DNA of 50,980 bases, from positions 1 through 50,980 of the forward strand of contig JBHIFL010000022.1 in assembly GCA_046761065.1 (NCBI GenBank), read 5' to 3'. A program made the position numbers and the translations under genes. A model generated the notes under the pieces. It did no database searches. It worked only from the letters and a program-made list of their open reading frames with translations, and was not told where the DNA came from. The stretch is from Candidatus Heimdallarchaeota archaeon. Its GTDB lineage: Archaea; Asgardarchaeota; Wukongarchaeia; Wukongarchaeales; JBHIFL01. This document shows, piece after piece, positions 10,623-21,162 of this stretch; position 1 is the first letter of the stretch, and each line of letters starts with the position of its first letter.

Positions 10623-11555
10623 CTACTCATAAAACTGGAGGAAAATTTCCTCCAAAGTAGCCTCTTCAATCGTTAAACGTTCAATTTGGTACTTTATAAG
10701 CAATTTAAGTAATTCGTTCACATCTCCTTTAATCTTTAACGTGAAAGTCGTCTCATCGGTCTTTTCTATGGAAATAACTGAGTCTAGTGTATTAAACTCC
10801 TCTTCTGAAGGTATAGTTGTCGAGGCAAATTTAATTTTGACATCTTGTAAAGATTTCGCTCTAAGATCTTCTACGTTTTCTACTAGAATCATTCTGCCTT
10901 CTTTGATAATCCCAACACGATCACAAACCACTTGAACTTCTGCTAAGTCATGAGAACTTAGAAAAATGGTTATACCTTCTTTTTTTAGTTGTTTAAGGAT
11001 TTTATGGAAATAAGCAGCCATTAGTGGATCTAAGCCGGAAGTCGGTTCATCTAAAATCAATAGTTCAGGTTTCGAAGCTAACGCTGCGATAAGACCGACT
11101 TGTTGCCTGTTTCCAGAGGAGAGCGCTTTGATTTTTAATGTCAAATCAACTCTGAAAATAGATTTCAAATATTTTAAGAACTCACGATCAACTGGCCGAA
11201 ACTTATGCAAATATTCAATCAGCTCTTCTCCAGTAAAGTTCTCGTATAAAGCTAGATCTTCTGCAACGTACCCAATGCGTCTCCTGATTGTTAGCGCATC
11301 TCGGTGGTGATCTAGACCAAAGACCGTAATGGTTCCCTGTTGGATTCGTAAATAATCCAAGATAGACCTGATAGTAGTCGTTTTTCCCGCGCCATTTGGC
11401 CCAAGGAACCCAAAAATTTCTCCTTTGCGAATTCCAAACGTGACCTCCTCGGCACCAGTCACTTTTCTCCCAAATTTCCTTTTATTCCCGAGTTTCAGCT
11501 CTCGACCATAAATTTTCGTCAATCCTTCAACCCGAAGGACTTCTATGGCGGACAT
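10623..11555 (-). CDS. ABC transporter ATP-binding protein
   Basis: Walker A GPNGAGKTT, signature LSSGNRQ, Walker B LILDEPT, H-loop SSH. Confidence 0.95.
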   Translation of the reverse strand: MSAIEVLRVEGLTKIYGRELKLGNKRKFGRKVTGAEEVTFGIRKGEIFGFLGPNGAGKTTTIRSILDYLRIQQGTITVFGLDHHRDALTIRRRIGYVAEDLALYENFTGEELIEYLHKFRPVDREFLKYLKSIFRVDLTLKIKALSSGNRQQVGLIAALASKPELLILDEPTSGLDPLMAAYFHKILKQLKKEGITIFLSSHDLAEVQVVCDRVGIIKEGRMILVENVEDLRAKSLQDVKIKFASTTIPSEEEFNTLDSVISIEKTDETTFTLKIKGDVNELLKLLIKYQIERLTIEEATLEEIFLQFYE

Positions 11556-11593
11556 AGTGTTTCGCCTTTCATGATTTTTGTATTCATTGCATA

Positions 11594-11614
11594 ATTTGCG
11601 TGACTAACGCAAAT
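11594..11614. promoter_or_regulatory. Palindromic operator between the divergent ABC operon and regulator
   Basis: Perfect 8-bp inverted repeat ATTTGCGT-gacta-ACGCAAAT in the intergenic region. Confidence 0.6.
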
Positions 11615-11677
11615 AACTAAACATGCGAAACATATATAAATCTTCCTGTTTGTATTTGAATATAGGTATTGATTCTT

Positions 11678-12244
11678 ATGTCCAATAAGGGTACTCCTCT
11701 TGAACGTCCGGACATTCTGAAGCTAACAGAGGAAATATCAAATTTTTTTGAAGATATTATGTATGATCGGGGAGGATCTCCACTTCTCGGTCGTATTTAT
11801 GCTTTATGTGTCTTAACAGCTCCTTCAAAACCGTTATTGCAAAAAGATCTGGTCACTAAGTTTAATGTGAACCCTTCAACAATAAGTCGTAATTTGAAAG
11901 AGCTCGAGACTTGGCGATTGATCGATAGAAGGCGCGAGCCCGGCTCCCGAGAATGGAACTATCAAGTTGACCCTACCTCATTTCTTGAACTATTGGTAAA
12001 TAGATTTCAGCAAAATGCTGTGACACTTCGGGAACGAAGAGATGACTTAAAGCGGATACGGGAACACTGGGGACACACTTTGAGTAAGGAATCTAAACAA
12101 ACCGAAGAAGGAAAACGCGTTCTTCACGTTCTTAATTTTTTGATTGAATGGATAGCCATAGTGGAGGGTGAATTGGAATCATTTGTCCAGACCCTTCATA
12201 ATCGGTTTTTCGAATTGGAAAGGCAGATTAAGAAGCAAATTTAA
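11678..12244 (+). CDS. GbsR/MarR-family transcriptional regulator
   Basis: 'GRIYAL', wHTH 'PSTISRNLKELE', 'PGSRE'; divergent from the ABC operon. Confidence 0.85.
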   Translation: MSNKGTPLERPDILKLTEEISNFFEDIMYDRGGSPLLGRIYALCVLTAPSKPLLQKDLVTKFNVNPSTISRNLKELETWRLIDRRREPGSREWNYQVDPTSFLELLVNRFQQNAVTLRERRDDLKRIREHWGHTLSKESKQTEEGKRVLHVLNFLIEWIAIVEGELESFVQTLHNRFFELERQIKKQI

Positions 12245-12387
12245 CGTATTTTCCTTTTTCGGGATTCGGTTATTTGGCCATTTCTTAGATTTTAATTAAG
12301 GAAAATTGTGCCCTTGATACCTCGCTTGCTGCCGATGAAGCTTTATAGAGTAAAAAACAGAATCTAAATGAGTTGAAGTAAAGAATT

Positions 12388-13410
12388 TTAGTACCATTTG
12401 ACAAACTTGGAGTCTTGCTCCTCATTTATTGGCTTTTGAACTCTTTTAAGAGTTTTTTCTTGGAGTTCATGGATAATTTCAGGTATTTCACTCCTTCCAC
12501 CGAGAAAATATTTTTCTTTTTCTCCCACCATGATACTTAGGATTAATACTTCCTTTTTATGTTCTTCAAACTGCTTTCCAAATGTAAAAAGGCTATACCC
12601 CAGTGTCTCAAACCCCCCGAAGTCGATGATAATGGCGCCTTCCCGATCCGAGTTGTTGGCGAATCCTAACAGGTCATTGAGACTTGTATAGATCGTGGTC
12701 ACGATTCGGGCAAGAGCATCACTTTGAATATTGGAATTTTCCATTTCGTAGTGGATATCCAGAGATAGTTTATCCATGGTATAGTAGATTGTGGCATCCA
12801 GCCCCTTTCGGTAGTGTGGATGCCCTACGTCAACAATGAGAGGGCTTCTACTCCCATGTGGCTTTAGGGTTTTTATCACAGTAGTGTAATCAAAATTGAA
12901 GTCTTGTTTCATGATTTTGTCAGCAAACTCGGTAAAGAAGACTTCGGCCATTTCACGCAGGGTATGGAGTTCTAGACCTTGTAAGACCTCAGGAAAATCA
13001 ACATAAAACGGATTTTTTGCCACTTCAAAGCCAATAGCGAACCCTTCAAAGGACTTCACCGGTTCTTCCCCAAGTCCCAATCTGATAGCTAATTTTACCT
13101 CGCTTGGGTCTTTTTGTATTCGCTTCTCGATAAGATATTGAGGGGAAAGAATTACTTTATAGACGTAATTGCGCCCTACAGCGATTATCATTTTCAAGTC
13201 CATTTCAAAAAGACGACTAAAGCTCCGTAAACTAGTAAGTAGTGCAGGGAATAGAAGTTCCGCATCTTCCCTTAGATGGTCCCTGAAAATACCCTCGCCA
13301 AGAGAACAGACGACATTTCCATTCACAGTAAAGAGTATGGAATCTAATCTCCCTAAGGGGTGTTCCCCATCTTTTTCTTTGAGATGGTCTCTTAATCCCA
13401 AAATCCGCAC
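12388..13410 (-). CDS. Hypothetical protein, possibly with longin/roadblock-like domains
   Basis: 340-aa ORF; helix 'DAELLFPALLTSLRSFSRLF' and second helix 'DALARIVTTIYTSL' are each followed by beta-rich segments. Confidence 0.6.
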   Translation of the reverse strand: MRILGLRDHLKEKDGEHPLGRLDSILFTVNGNVVCSLGEGIFRDHLREDAELLFPALLTSLRSFSRLFEMDLKMIIAVGRNYVYKVILSPQYLIEKRIQKDPSEVKLAIRLGLGEEPVKSFEGFAIGFEVAKNPFYVDFPEVLQGLELHTLREMAEVFFTEFADKIMKQDFNFDYTTVIKTLKPHGSRSPLIVDVGHPHYRKGLDATIYYTMDKLSLDIHYEMENSNIQSDALARIVTTIYTSLNDLLGFANNSDREGAIIIDFGGFETLGYSLFTFGKQFEEHKKEVLILSIMVGEKEKYFLGGRSEIPEIIHELQEKTLKRVQKPINEEQDSKFVKWY

Positions 13411-13805
13411 CCGGCAGGATCGCTGTCTCCTAACCTAATGGACTGCGATTCTGATAGTGATTATATACGGATAATCACAAAAAAACATATCCATTGAGTT
13501 GTTACAAATTAGCTCTGAATTGGTGAACGGGGTATGAGATAGTTATTAGGATTGCAAATATTTTGCGAATAGATTAGCCATTATAAAATTACTAACGAAA
13601 AATACAGAGGATAATTTGCTTAGAATATCAAATGAACTTTCAGTCGGGTGAAATCACTGGTTAATTTCAAAAATTCCTGCTTCCTTGAAAGTCTTCCAAT
13701 AACCTATGATAAATGCAATTTACTATTCTTGATATGCGAAAAGTACAAAAAGGACGCTCTACCACGAAGCGTATCTTATATGAAACTTCGGAGGTTCAAG
13801 GTTTT

Positions 13806-14382
13806 ATGGTTGGGCGGAGAAGGTTTCTTAGCAAAATCATAACGGGAGGTATGTCTGCTGGTCTTTCTGTTCTTGGACAGTTCTATTGGTATCGGAGGGA
13901 CAGGAAACATGCTTCTGCTCAATTAACTTCTTCTCTATTGGTATCGGAGGGACAGGAAACATGCTTCTGCTCAATTAACTTCTTCTTCTATACCGTTGGA
14001 TGCCCCAGAGCTCCCACCTGGAATGAACTTGAAACTCGGTACCATTTGGTACCAAATTAAAACAAAAGGCCACTCTATAAGGGGTGGGACCGCTATTGTA
14101 CCTATTCGCAACACGGGGACCCGCTCCCTGTCCAAAGTAAGGGTTACCCTTTATCAGTACGTCCCTTCTACAGGGTATACTTTACTAGGTGGTCGAACGT
14201 TGACAATAACCCCTGGGGAAGTTCGTTTCCCGCGTTTTACCTTACCAAACTTAATTGCCAAGGATCTAGCTGCCCAGCGGATTCACCTTACAGCTCGCTG
14301 CTTTGCGTTCTCATGTGCAGCCCGAGGTGATCCGATACCCCAAAGATCCAAAAAGTTGGTAACATCTCCTAAATCTTCCTAG
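13806..14382 (+). pseudogene. Tat-signal Ig-like (CARDB-like) protein frameshifted by a 52-bp tandem duplication
   Basis: 'MVGRRRFLSK' twin-arginine signal; removing one 52-bp copy joins ORFs 13713-14060 and 13996-14382 into one 174-aa frame. Confidence 0.75.
13882..13985 (+). repeat. Perfect 2 x 52-bp tandem duplication
   Basis: tctattggtatcggagggacaggaaacatgcttctgctcaattaacttcttc at 13882-13933 and 13934-13985. Confidence 0.95.
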
Positions 14383-14395
14383 GAACAAGGAGGAA

Positions 14396-16315
14396 TTGAG
14401 AATCCCTAAATACGCCATTCATCATATTATCCTGCTTGAGACGATAAAGAAACTGAAGCAGAGCTCTGTCCCTGCTGAACAAGATATCGGCAATCTGATT
14501 GAAAATAACCTGCAAGCTGCCGTCATGGGCTGTGTTGCCCCGGATATGTTCTTCTGGAGTCCAGACTATGAAGTTGTCAGAATCCCTTTAAAATTTTATG
14601 AGAATTTTAAATGGCTTGTCGATCTCTACAACAATACGATTGGTAAACTTAAGGAAGCCATCAGCCACCTTGCTGATAAGTTGGAAGAAGCAATGGAAAA
14701 AGTCGCCCCAGCGACAACAGCGCTCGTCAAGACATTAATCGAGGAATTCAAAGAATCCGCTGATCTTTTTAAAAAAAACCTGCAAACAGGGTTGTTTGAT
14801 GGTGTGTTAGCAATTTCAGATTTCATTACGGATCTAGCAGATGTTCCCGATTTAATGCATACGATTTTTGATGAGTTTATCCCCCCTTTACAGAGGGGCG
14901 AGGGAGAGGAAAAATGGTATTGGTTCGATATGATCCATTATCGCTACACCGGGGAATTCGCTAAGAATCTGCTGCAGCTGGCATCTTCTGGATCGGACTT
15001 ACAGAAGGCATTTGCCTATGGATGGCTTACACACTTGGCGGGGGACGTCACCGGCCATCCTTATGTTAATCAGATCGTTGGAGGTCCCTATCGCACCCAC
15101 GCGCAACGTCACGCCACTTGTGAGAATTTCATGGATGCTTGGAAGTTTTACCACTATTGGGGGGAGAATATCAATCAGAAGCTTCATGACAAACTGAACT
15201 TTCCGCAAAACCTCCCTGAAGAAATTGTAACCCTCTTAGATGACACACTACACGCAACCTATGCCAATAAGCGCCACCCGAATCGTATCAATAAGGGGGT
15301 ACCACACAATGGGTTTTTAATGAAGGGAGATATAAGAGATACTTGGGATGTTTTCATTTTTGTCATGGAAGTTCTTGGGGGACTTGTCCCTGAAGAACCT
15401 GAAGAACCCTTCACAGACGTTATCGACATTCTAGATGAAGCTCTGGAACAATTCACAGCACCTCCTTCCCCTCCTTCACATGGTGGTGGCGCTTGTAGTG
15501 CTAAGGATATCTTCTCTTTTGGATTAACTTCCAAATCCCGGGAATGTTATAAGGCGATGGCGGAGGCCATTGAGGACTGGTTTGAGTATATTGGTGAGCT
15601 GTTGGAATGGACATTCGAGACCCTGCTTAGCCTAGTCGACTTTCTCCTTGCCGCATTGCTAACACTCCCTGTTATGGCCGTAGTTGCCATCCTCTATGGA
15701 ATACAAATTATCCTTTATCGCATTTATCGCGAATTGCGCTGGCCTCTAGTGCTCTCCGGGCTCTACTACCCTGAGCCCGATGAACTAGACACTTCTCACT
15801 GTCGAAATCTCATCTCCCCTTACCAGTGCGAAGTCACTCCCTTCACGGACTATCCCCGGACACATGATTGCGACTACGGCAACTTGGAATGCCCAGGAGG
15901 TCATGGTGAAAAGCCGTTTACGGCACCAGGGTGGTATCCTCTGGCTGATCCATCCATCACCCCCGACCGCTTTATCCACGAGGAACCCTTCGGTTTAGCA
16001 GGGGTTGAAAGATTGAAAAAATACGCAAACGCAGCGGATCCGGAGACAACGCGACAGTTGCAAAAGTCAGGAGGAGGGGACGGGTTTGTAGCGGCGCCGA
16101 AACCTTTGGGTCCCATCGGAAATGCCATCGACTTTGCTACTTGGCTAATTGGAAATTCCGCCAACCCCAATATTACTGATATCGTCTTCTGCGATTGGAA
16201 TTGGGATGCCGACCGTGGCATCGGTTATCACTGCTTCAAAGCTACCTTTCCTGCGAAAGGCTCCACCTACGAGATCACTGATGAAACCTATGATATTCCT
16301 CTCCCTGCAGAATAA
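14396..16315 (+). CDS. Zinc-dependent phospholipase C/P1-nuclease-fold family protein with hydrophobic C-terminal helices
   Basis: 'GCVAPDMFFW', 'WFDMIHYR', 'GWLTHLAGDVTGHPYVN', 'RHATCENFMD' metal-ligand pattern; AGGAGG RBS before the TTG. Confidence 0.75.
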   Translation: MRIPKYAIHHIILLETIKKLKQSSVPAEQDIGNLIENNLQAAVMGCVAPDMFFWSPDYEVVRIPLKFYENFKWLVDLYNNTIGKLKEAISHLADKLEEAMEKVAPATTALVKTLIEEFKESADLFKKNLQTGLFDGVLAISDFITDLADVPDLMHTIFDEFIPPLQRGEGEEKWYWFDMIHYRYTGEFAKNLLQLASSGSDLQKAFAYGWLTHLAGDVTGHPYVNQIVGGPYRTHAQRHATCENFMDAWKFYHYWGENINQKLHDKLNFPQNLPEEIVTLLDDTLHATYANKRHPNRINKGVPHNGFLMKGDIRDTWDVFIFVMEVLGGLVPEEPEEPFTDVIDILDEALEQFTAPPSPPSHGGGACSAKDIFSFGLTSKSRECYKAMAEAIEDWFEYIGELLEWTFETLLSLVDFLLAALLTLPVMAVVAILYGIQIILYRIYRELRWPLVLSGLYYPEPDELDTSHCRNLISPYQCEVTPFTDYPRTHDCDYGNLECPGGHGEKPFTAPGWYPLADPSITPDRFIHEEPFGLAGVERLKKYANAADPETTRQLQKSGGGDGFVAAPKPLGPIGNAIDFATWLIGNSANPNITDIVFCDWNWDADRGIGYHCFKATFPAKGSTYEITDETYDIPLPAE

Positions 16316-16394
16316 TAGTCCTCTTAGATGTTTTTTGAGTATGAGATTGGTAGATGCGTTTGCAGCTACTTAGCTGTAAGAAATAATCTTATTG

Positions 16395-17021
16395 TTAGAA
16401 AGGTTGCAATTCATTTGGAAGTTTCGTATACCAAGCCACTTTTCGACTCCGCTCTTCGAATGGTTCCCTGAGCGGATCGAGAATTGGATCCATCACTCGA
16501 ACGTTGAGTGACCAGGTAGGAGTCGGGCTCTCGAGGGTGTTCACATCCATCTCTGCCGAAAAGAACAAATACTCGCGCTGGCCGGGTTGCAAGGTTAGGT
16601 GCTTGCGTCCTAGAAGATCGTAGCCACTCTCCAGCGAGTAGGAATACATCTCGGCATATGTGGCAAACGATGGAGCGGTTCCCTGATTTTCTAGCCAAAG
16701 ATATACTTCTGCATGAGTTGGGTCCACAGGCTCGGGCATGAGCCCTGGTGGATCCACTATCACCAGGTAGGGCACTATCATATTTTCTGGCTTTCGTGGT
16801 GGCGTTATTATAGTAGGGATAGGAGCAACTGAAGTAGTGGTTGTGAGGGGGGCTGTGGTTGTGGTAGGAGTGGTAGGACCCATTGGCGTTGTCGTCTGAG
16901 TTGAAGGTGGCTTTTCTGTCACTTCTGTAATCTTCCTAACGATATCCTCACCGTACAAAAGGTATGCAAGTGCCGCACCTCCCGCCAGCATTGTCCCTTG
17001 AACGGTTCGCCGTTTGACCAA
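16395..17021 (-). CDS. Secreted or anchored Ig-like (CARDB-like) protein with Thr/Pro linker; paralogue of 13806-14382
   Basis: 'KRRTV' plus hydrophobic helix; Thr-rich linker; 'LENQGT...GYDLLGRKHLTLQPG' aligns with 'IRNTGT...GYTLLGGRTLTITPG'. Confidence 0.75.
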   Translation of the reverse strand: MVKRRTVQGTMLAGGAALAYLLYGEDIVRKITEVTEKPPSTQTTTPMGPTTPTTTTAPLTTTTSVAPIPTIITPPRKPENMIVPYLVIVDPPGLMPEPVDPTHAEVYLWLENQGTAPSFATYAEMYSYSLESGYDLLGRKHLTLQPGQREYLFFSAEMDVNTLESPTPTWSLNVRVMDPILDPLREPFEERSRKVAWYTKLPNELQPF

Positions 17022-17317
17022 ATCTTGGCCTCCAATATTTTTTCCTAAGATAAGTTATATCTATTTTTCGCAAACCTCTTGAATCAAATATAATTCTTCC
17101 CTACCTTTAGTCACCATTACCAACTTGTTGGTAGCTTATTATCGGCTAATAAACTACGAATTTGTTATGAAATCAATGGAATTCTCGATCTTTGTAAAAA
17201 TTGAAATGAAAGTAGGGGATTTCCAACATTTAGCAGGCCTATAACTGATATTCACATATATTATTGTACCAAATTAATTTCATATGGTAAGATTCCTTTT
17301 TTCTATAATCCTTTGTG

Positions 17318-18253
17318 TTACCTTTTTAAGTAGTCCAACCTTGCCACCACATTCCGATTCTGTGGGATTCCCGAAAACTCAGCGATACGTTGGCATTTTG
17401 TTCGATACAATACATAAATCACTGGGAGCTGAAAATTATAAACACTCAAAGATTCGAGATTCCCCATGCCTTTGCCAATTACCAGGTCAGCTGCAAAGAA
17501 GGCACGACGGAATGCATCGGATACTTCACTTAGAATTGTCCCCACACAATCGGTGCCCATTGTAATTACGTCGACAATGTGAGTCATCCCAACCGCTTCT
17601 GCGTCTTTAAGGGTGGCATCATTCATGACGGGTTGGTTCTTAACTGCTACGGTTACAGGAGTAAATGACTTGAGTTCTTTCACGAAAATCGTGTCAAAAG
17701 CAATTTCTCCCGCGTTATCCGTGATGTAGAGGATTTTTTTTGCGTTCTTGACGTCGTTGAAGAGGTCATCGATTTGGTCAATGGCCAATTCCGCTTCAGC
17801 TCTACCAAGCAAACTTTGAAGTTGGAAAAGTGAGAATTCATGCCCAAACACCCCAGTTTCCATTGCATTGGCAGCTACTGCGGCAAGACATGCAATCCGA
17901 AAGCGTTCTTGCGGCGAGCGTGCGTTGTTTACCTGGTCTTCAAGGTGTGGTAATAACTTTATTGCCTCGTCGTTTGCTTGTCGCTTGTGGGCAGCATAAA
18001 AGTCCGGATTCTCCGTAAGTTGTTTAATAGTGCGTTCCCGAAGAGTGCCAATCCATGCAGGGGTCTGACGTTCATCATCCGGTGCAAGCTCGTTGAGGTC
18101 TTCAGTCTGTTCGTGGAGAACCTTTAAAAAGGCTCGCATGGTCTCTATTTGTGTGTCAGGATCATCCGTGGCCAGTTGGATTTCGATCCAGGCGCGATTC
18201 AACAGGCAGAAGATACAAGGTGCCTGTACTTGCGCTGCTAATGTTTTCTTCAT
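17318..18253 (-). CDS. DUF89/ARMT1-like damage-control phosphatase
   Basis: 'CIFC', 'YITDNAGEIAFD', 'GKGMGNLESL', 'KC'. Confidence 0.88.
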   Translation of the reverse strand: MKKTLAAQVQAPCIFCLLNRAWIEIQLATDDPDTQIETMRAFLKVLHEQTEDLNELAPDDERQTPAWIGTLRERTIKQLTENPDFYAAHKRQANDEAIKLLPHLEDQVNNARSPQERFRIACLAAVAANAMETGVFGHEFSLFQLQSLLGRAEAELAIDQIDDLFNDVKNAKKILYITDNAGEIAFDTIFVKELKSFTPVTVAVKNQPVMNDATLKDAEAVGMTHIVDVITMGTDCVGTILSEVSDAFRRAFFAADLVIGKGMGNLESLSVYNFQLPVIYVLYRTKCQRIAEFSGIPQNRNVVARLDYLKR

Positions 18254-18565
18254 CGCTTTAGGCTCTCCTTCTTGCTTGTTTTGAGGGGAGGCCCATTTCT
18301 TATGAATTTGGTCTAGCAGGAAAACTGGACGTTTGAATTCGTGATATCTCAGCTGAGAGAGAAGCAGAAATCGTTAAGAACTGATTCTCTGGTTTTTGGT
18401 ACTGGTTGAGGGAAAGTTTATTTAATATCAGGATTTTTACATGCAATTAACCTTAGCAGTTTTAGTAACTGTTTGACGAGTTTTTATATCTCGGCAAGCT
18501 CCCTTCCTACGCTTTTGCTAATGGTCTGGTCAATTATGTCCTGAGCTCGTAGATCGACTTACGTG

Positions 18566-19051
18566 TCAAGCTTGGATGGCTTGTGCATGTTCAGCCTCAT
18601 GTTCGAATGCGATCTGAACCCATCTGGCTAGATTGTCCCACTCAGGACTTCGAAAACGGGTTGAATTGAATAGCTCCTCATCACTCAGCTTATTCAACAA
18701 GTTAATCCATTCTGTTTGGGCTTGTTCCATTTCATCCACGATTTGCTGCCAAGTCCGATTTGATCGTTCAGACACGCTCTGAGCATTGAATGCGTCCACA
18801 TCTGTGATAGCAGAAATATCGACGTGACCGGTTTTGATCGCTTCTCGTGTAGCTTTTAAATCCCAAACGGCCCACCCAGCAAGGTGGGCTAAGACGTCAT
18901 GTACTGACCATTTCGCGGTTATTAGGAAAGCTTTTGTTTTAATGCCTGGTAATTCCCTCAGAATCTGAAATAGGTGCATACGTTCAGCACGCAGTCTGTG
19001 AAGTAAGTCTTGTTTCCGTGAATTCGTCATGTGCTCATGTCTCCAAACCAT
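18566..19051 (-). CDS. DinB/ClbS-DfsB-like four-helix bundle protein
   Basis: 'WSVHDVLAHLAGW' and C-terminal 'HEAEH'. Confidence 0.8.
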   Translation of the reverse strand: MVWRHEHMTNSRKQDLLHRLRAERMHLFQILRELPGIKTKAFLITAKWSVHDVLAHLAGWAVWDLKATREAIKTGHVDISAITDVDAFNAQSVSERSNRTWQQIVDEMEQAQTEWINLLNKLSDEELFNSTRFRSPEWDNLARWVQIAFEHEAEHAQAIQA

Positions 19052-19303
19052 ACTTACTCTATTGACCTTCTAAATCCAGTAGATGATTCATGATTTCTGC
19101 TGATTGAAAATCCTGCGTGTGGTATAGTAGCCCGCTCCTCCATCTGTTAACTTAATAAACTCGCGAATGATCCCTTATGGGGTCCTATGTTTCGGATTGG
19201 CTATGAAACGCAATTTGATTCTGCAGGGGAAACAAGACGATAAACTTCGCGATTTTGCAGCTGATGTGGATACGTCCCTCTAAAGAGACGCCTTCTTAGC
19301 GCC

Positions 19304-20353
19304 TTAGATCACCTCAGTGATGTGAGCCAACTCTTCGGCCGCCTTCTTAGTTAACCCTTCGCTTCCCAAAATTGTGAAGCGATCTCTAATTTTGTGGGCA
19401 ATTGTGAGCGCCTTAATAATGTATTTGGACTCAATTCCCAGCTCTTCTGCTGTGGTGGGCGCACCCAAGGTCAGCAATGTTTTCTTGATCTCTTTCCAGC
19501 TAATCCGGGAGTCATGCAGGTAAGCCATCATAATTGTTCCTACCCCACTTTGTTCCCCATGTAACGCGGGTTGTGGGGCGACCTGGTCGAGGGCATGAGA
19601 AAATAGGTGCTCGGCGCCCGAGGCGGGACGTGAGCTGCCAGCTATTGCCATCGCCATGCTGGAAGATACCAACGCTTCCAAAAGGACATTGAGCGCGTAA
19701 TCGTAATCAGCACGCATCTGGGTGGCTTCTTGAATAATCGTCTCCGCGGTCATCATGGAGAGTTGAGCTGCGTATCCGCCGTAATATTCGCTCTTAATTC
19801 GATGTGCGAGGCGCCAATCTAGGACTGCAGTGTAGTTAGCAATACCATCTCCACACCCGGCACTGAACAGGCGCCGGGGTGCTTTCTCGATGGCATCAAG
19901 GTCCGCTATGATCGCTAAAGGGGTTTTTGCCTCTATGGAAACCTTACTGCCCATATCCTCGATTGATGCCCGTCCGGAAGCAATTCCATCATGGCTGAGA
20001 GCGGTAGGTACACTGATGTAAGGGATGTTAGTTTTAGTTGCGGCGAGTTTCGCCACATCTATAGGTCGACCTCCTCCCACTCCTAAAACGAATCTAACCT
20101 GATTCTTTTTAATTTTCGTGATGCAGTTTTCGACTTCTTGGAGGGAAGCGTTGGTGATAGTATGAGCAAGAACCTCAAAGATGCTTTGATCTTCGATGGG
20201 AGAGGTGAATTGGTGGGTTGTTTCATCGCAGACGATTAACGCCGGAGAAGCTCCACTTAGGCCAATTTCTTCTATGAATTCTGGTATGTGAACAAGAATA
20301 CCTCGCCCCCTTACTATAAATGAAGGTAATTGGATTTTATGCATTTTCCACAC
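19304..20353 (-). CDS. egsA: sn-glycerol-1-phosphate dehydrogenase
   Basis: 'GVGGGRPIDVAK', 'PTALSHDGIAS', 'SSRPASGAEHLFSHALD', 'LHGEQ'. Confidence 0.95.
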   Translation of the reverse strand: MWKMHKIQLPSFIVRGRGILVHIPEFIEEIGLSGASPALIVCDETTHQFTSPIEDQSIFEVLAHTITNASLQEVENCITKIKKNQVRFVLGVGGGRPIDVAKLAATKTNIPYISVPTALSHDGIASGRASIEDMGSKVSIEAKTPLAIIADLDAIEKAPRRLFSAGCGDGIANYTAVLDWRLAHRIKSEYYGGYAAQLSMMTAETIIQEATQMRADYDYALNVLLEALVSSSMAMAIAGSSRPASGAEHLFSHALDQVAPQPALHGEQSGVGTIMMAYLHDSRISWKEIKKTLLTLGAPTTAEELGIESKYIIKALTIAHKIRDRFTILGSEGLTKKAAEELAHITEVI

Positions 20354-20407
20354 CCACCAACCACTTAGAATGTTTCCCCAATAATTTATTAATTATTCAC
20401 AGCTTAG

Positions 20408-21136
<729 letters not shown>

Positions 21137-21162
21137 TCAGGAGGATGATTGATTGAAAACGC

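Noticed and set aside
13882-13985. Mini-CRISPR
   Set aside because: Two directly adjacent copies, no spacer, inside a coding region
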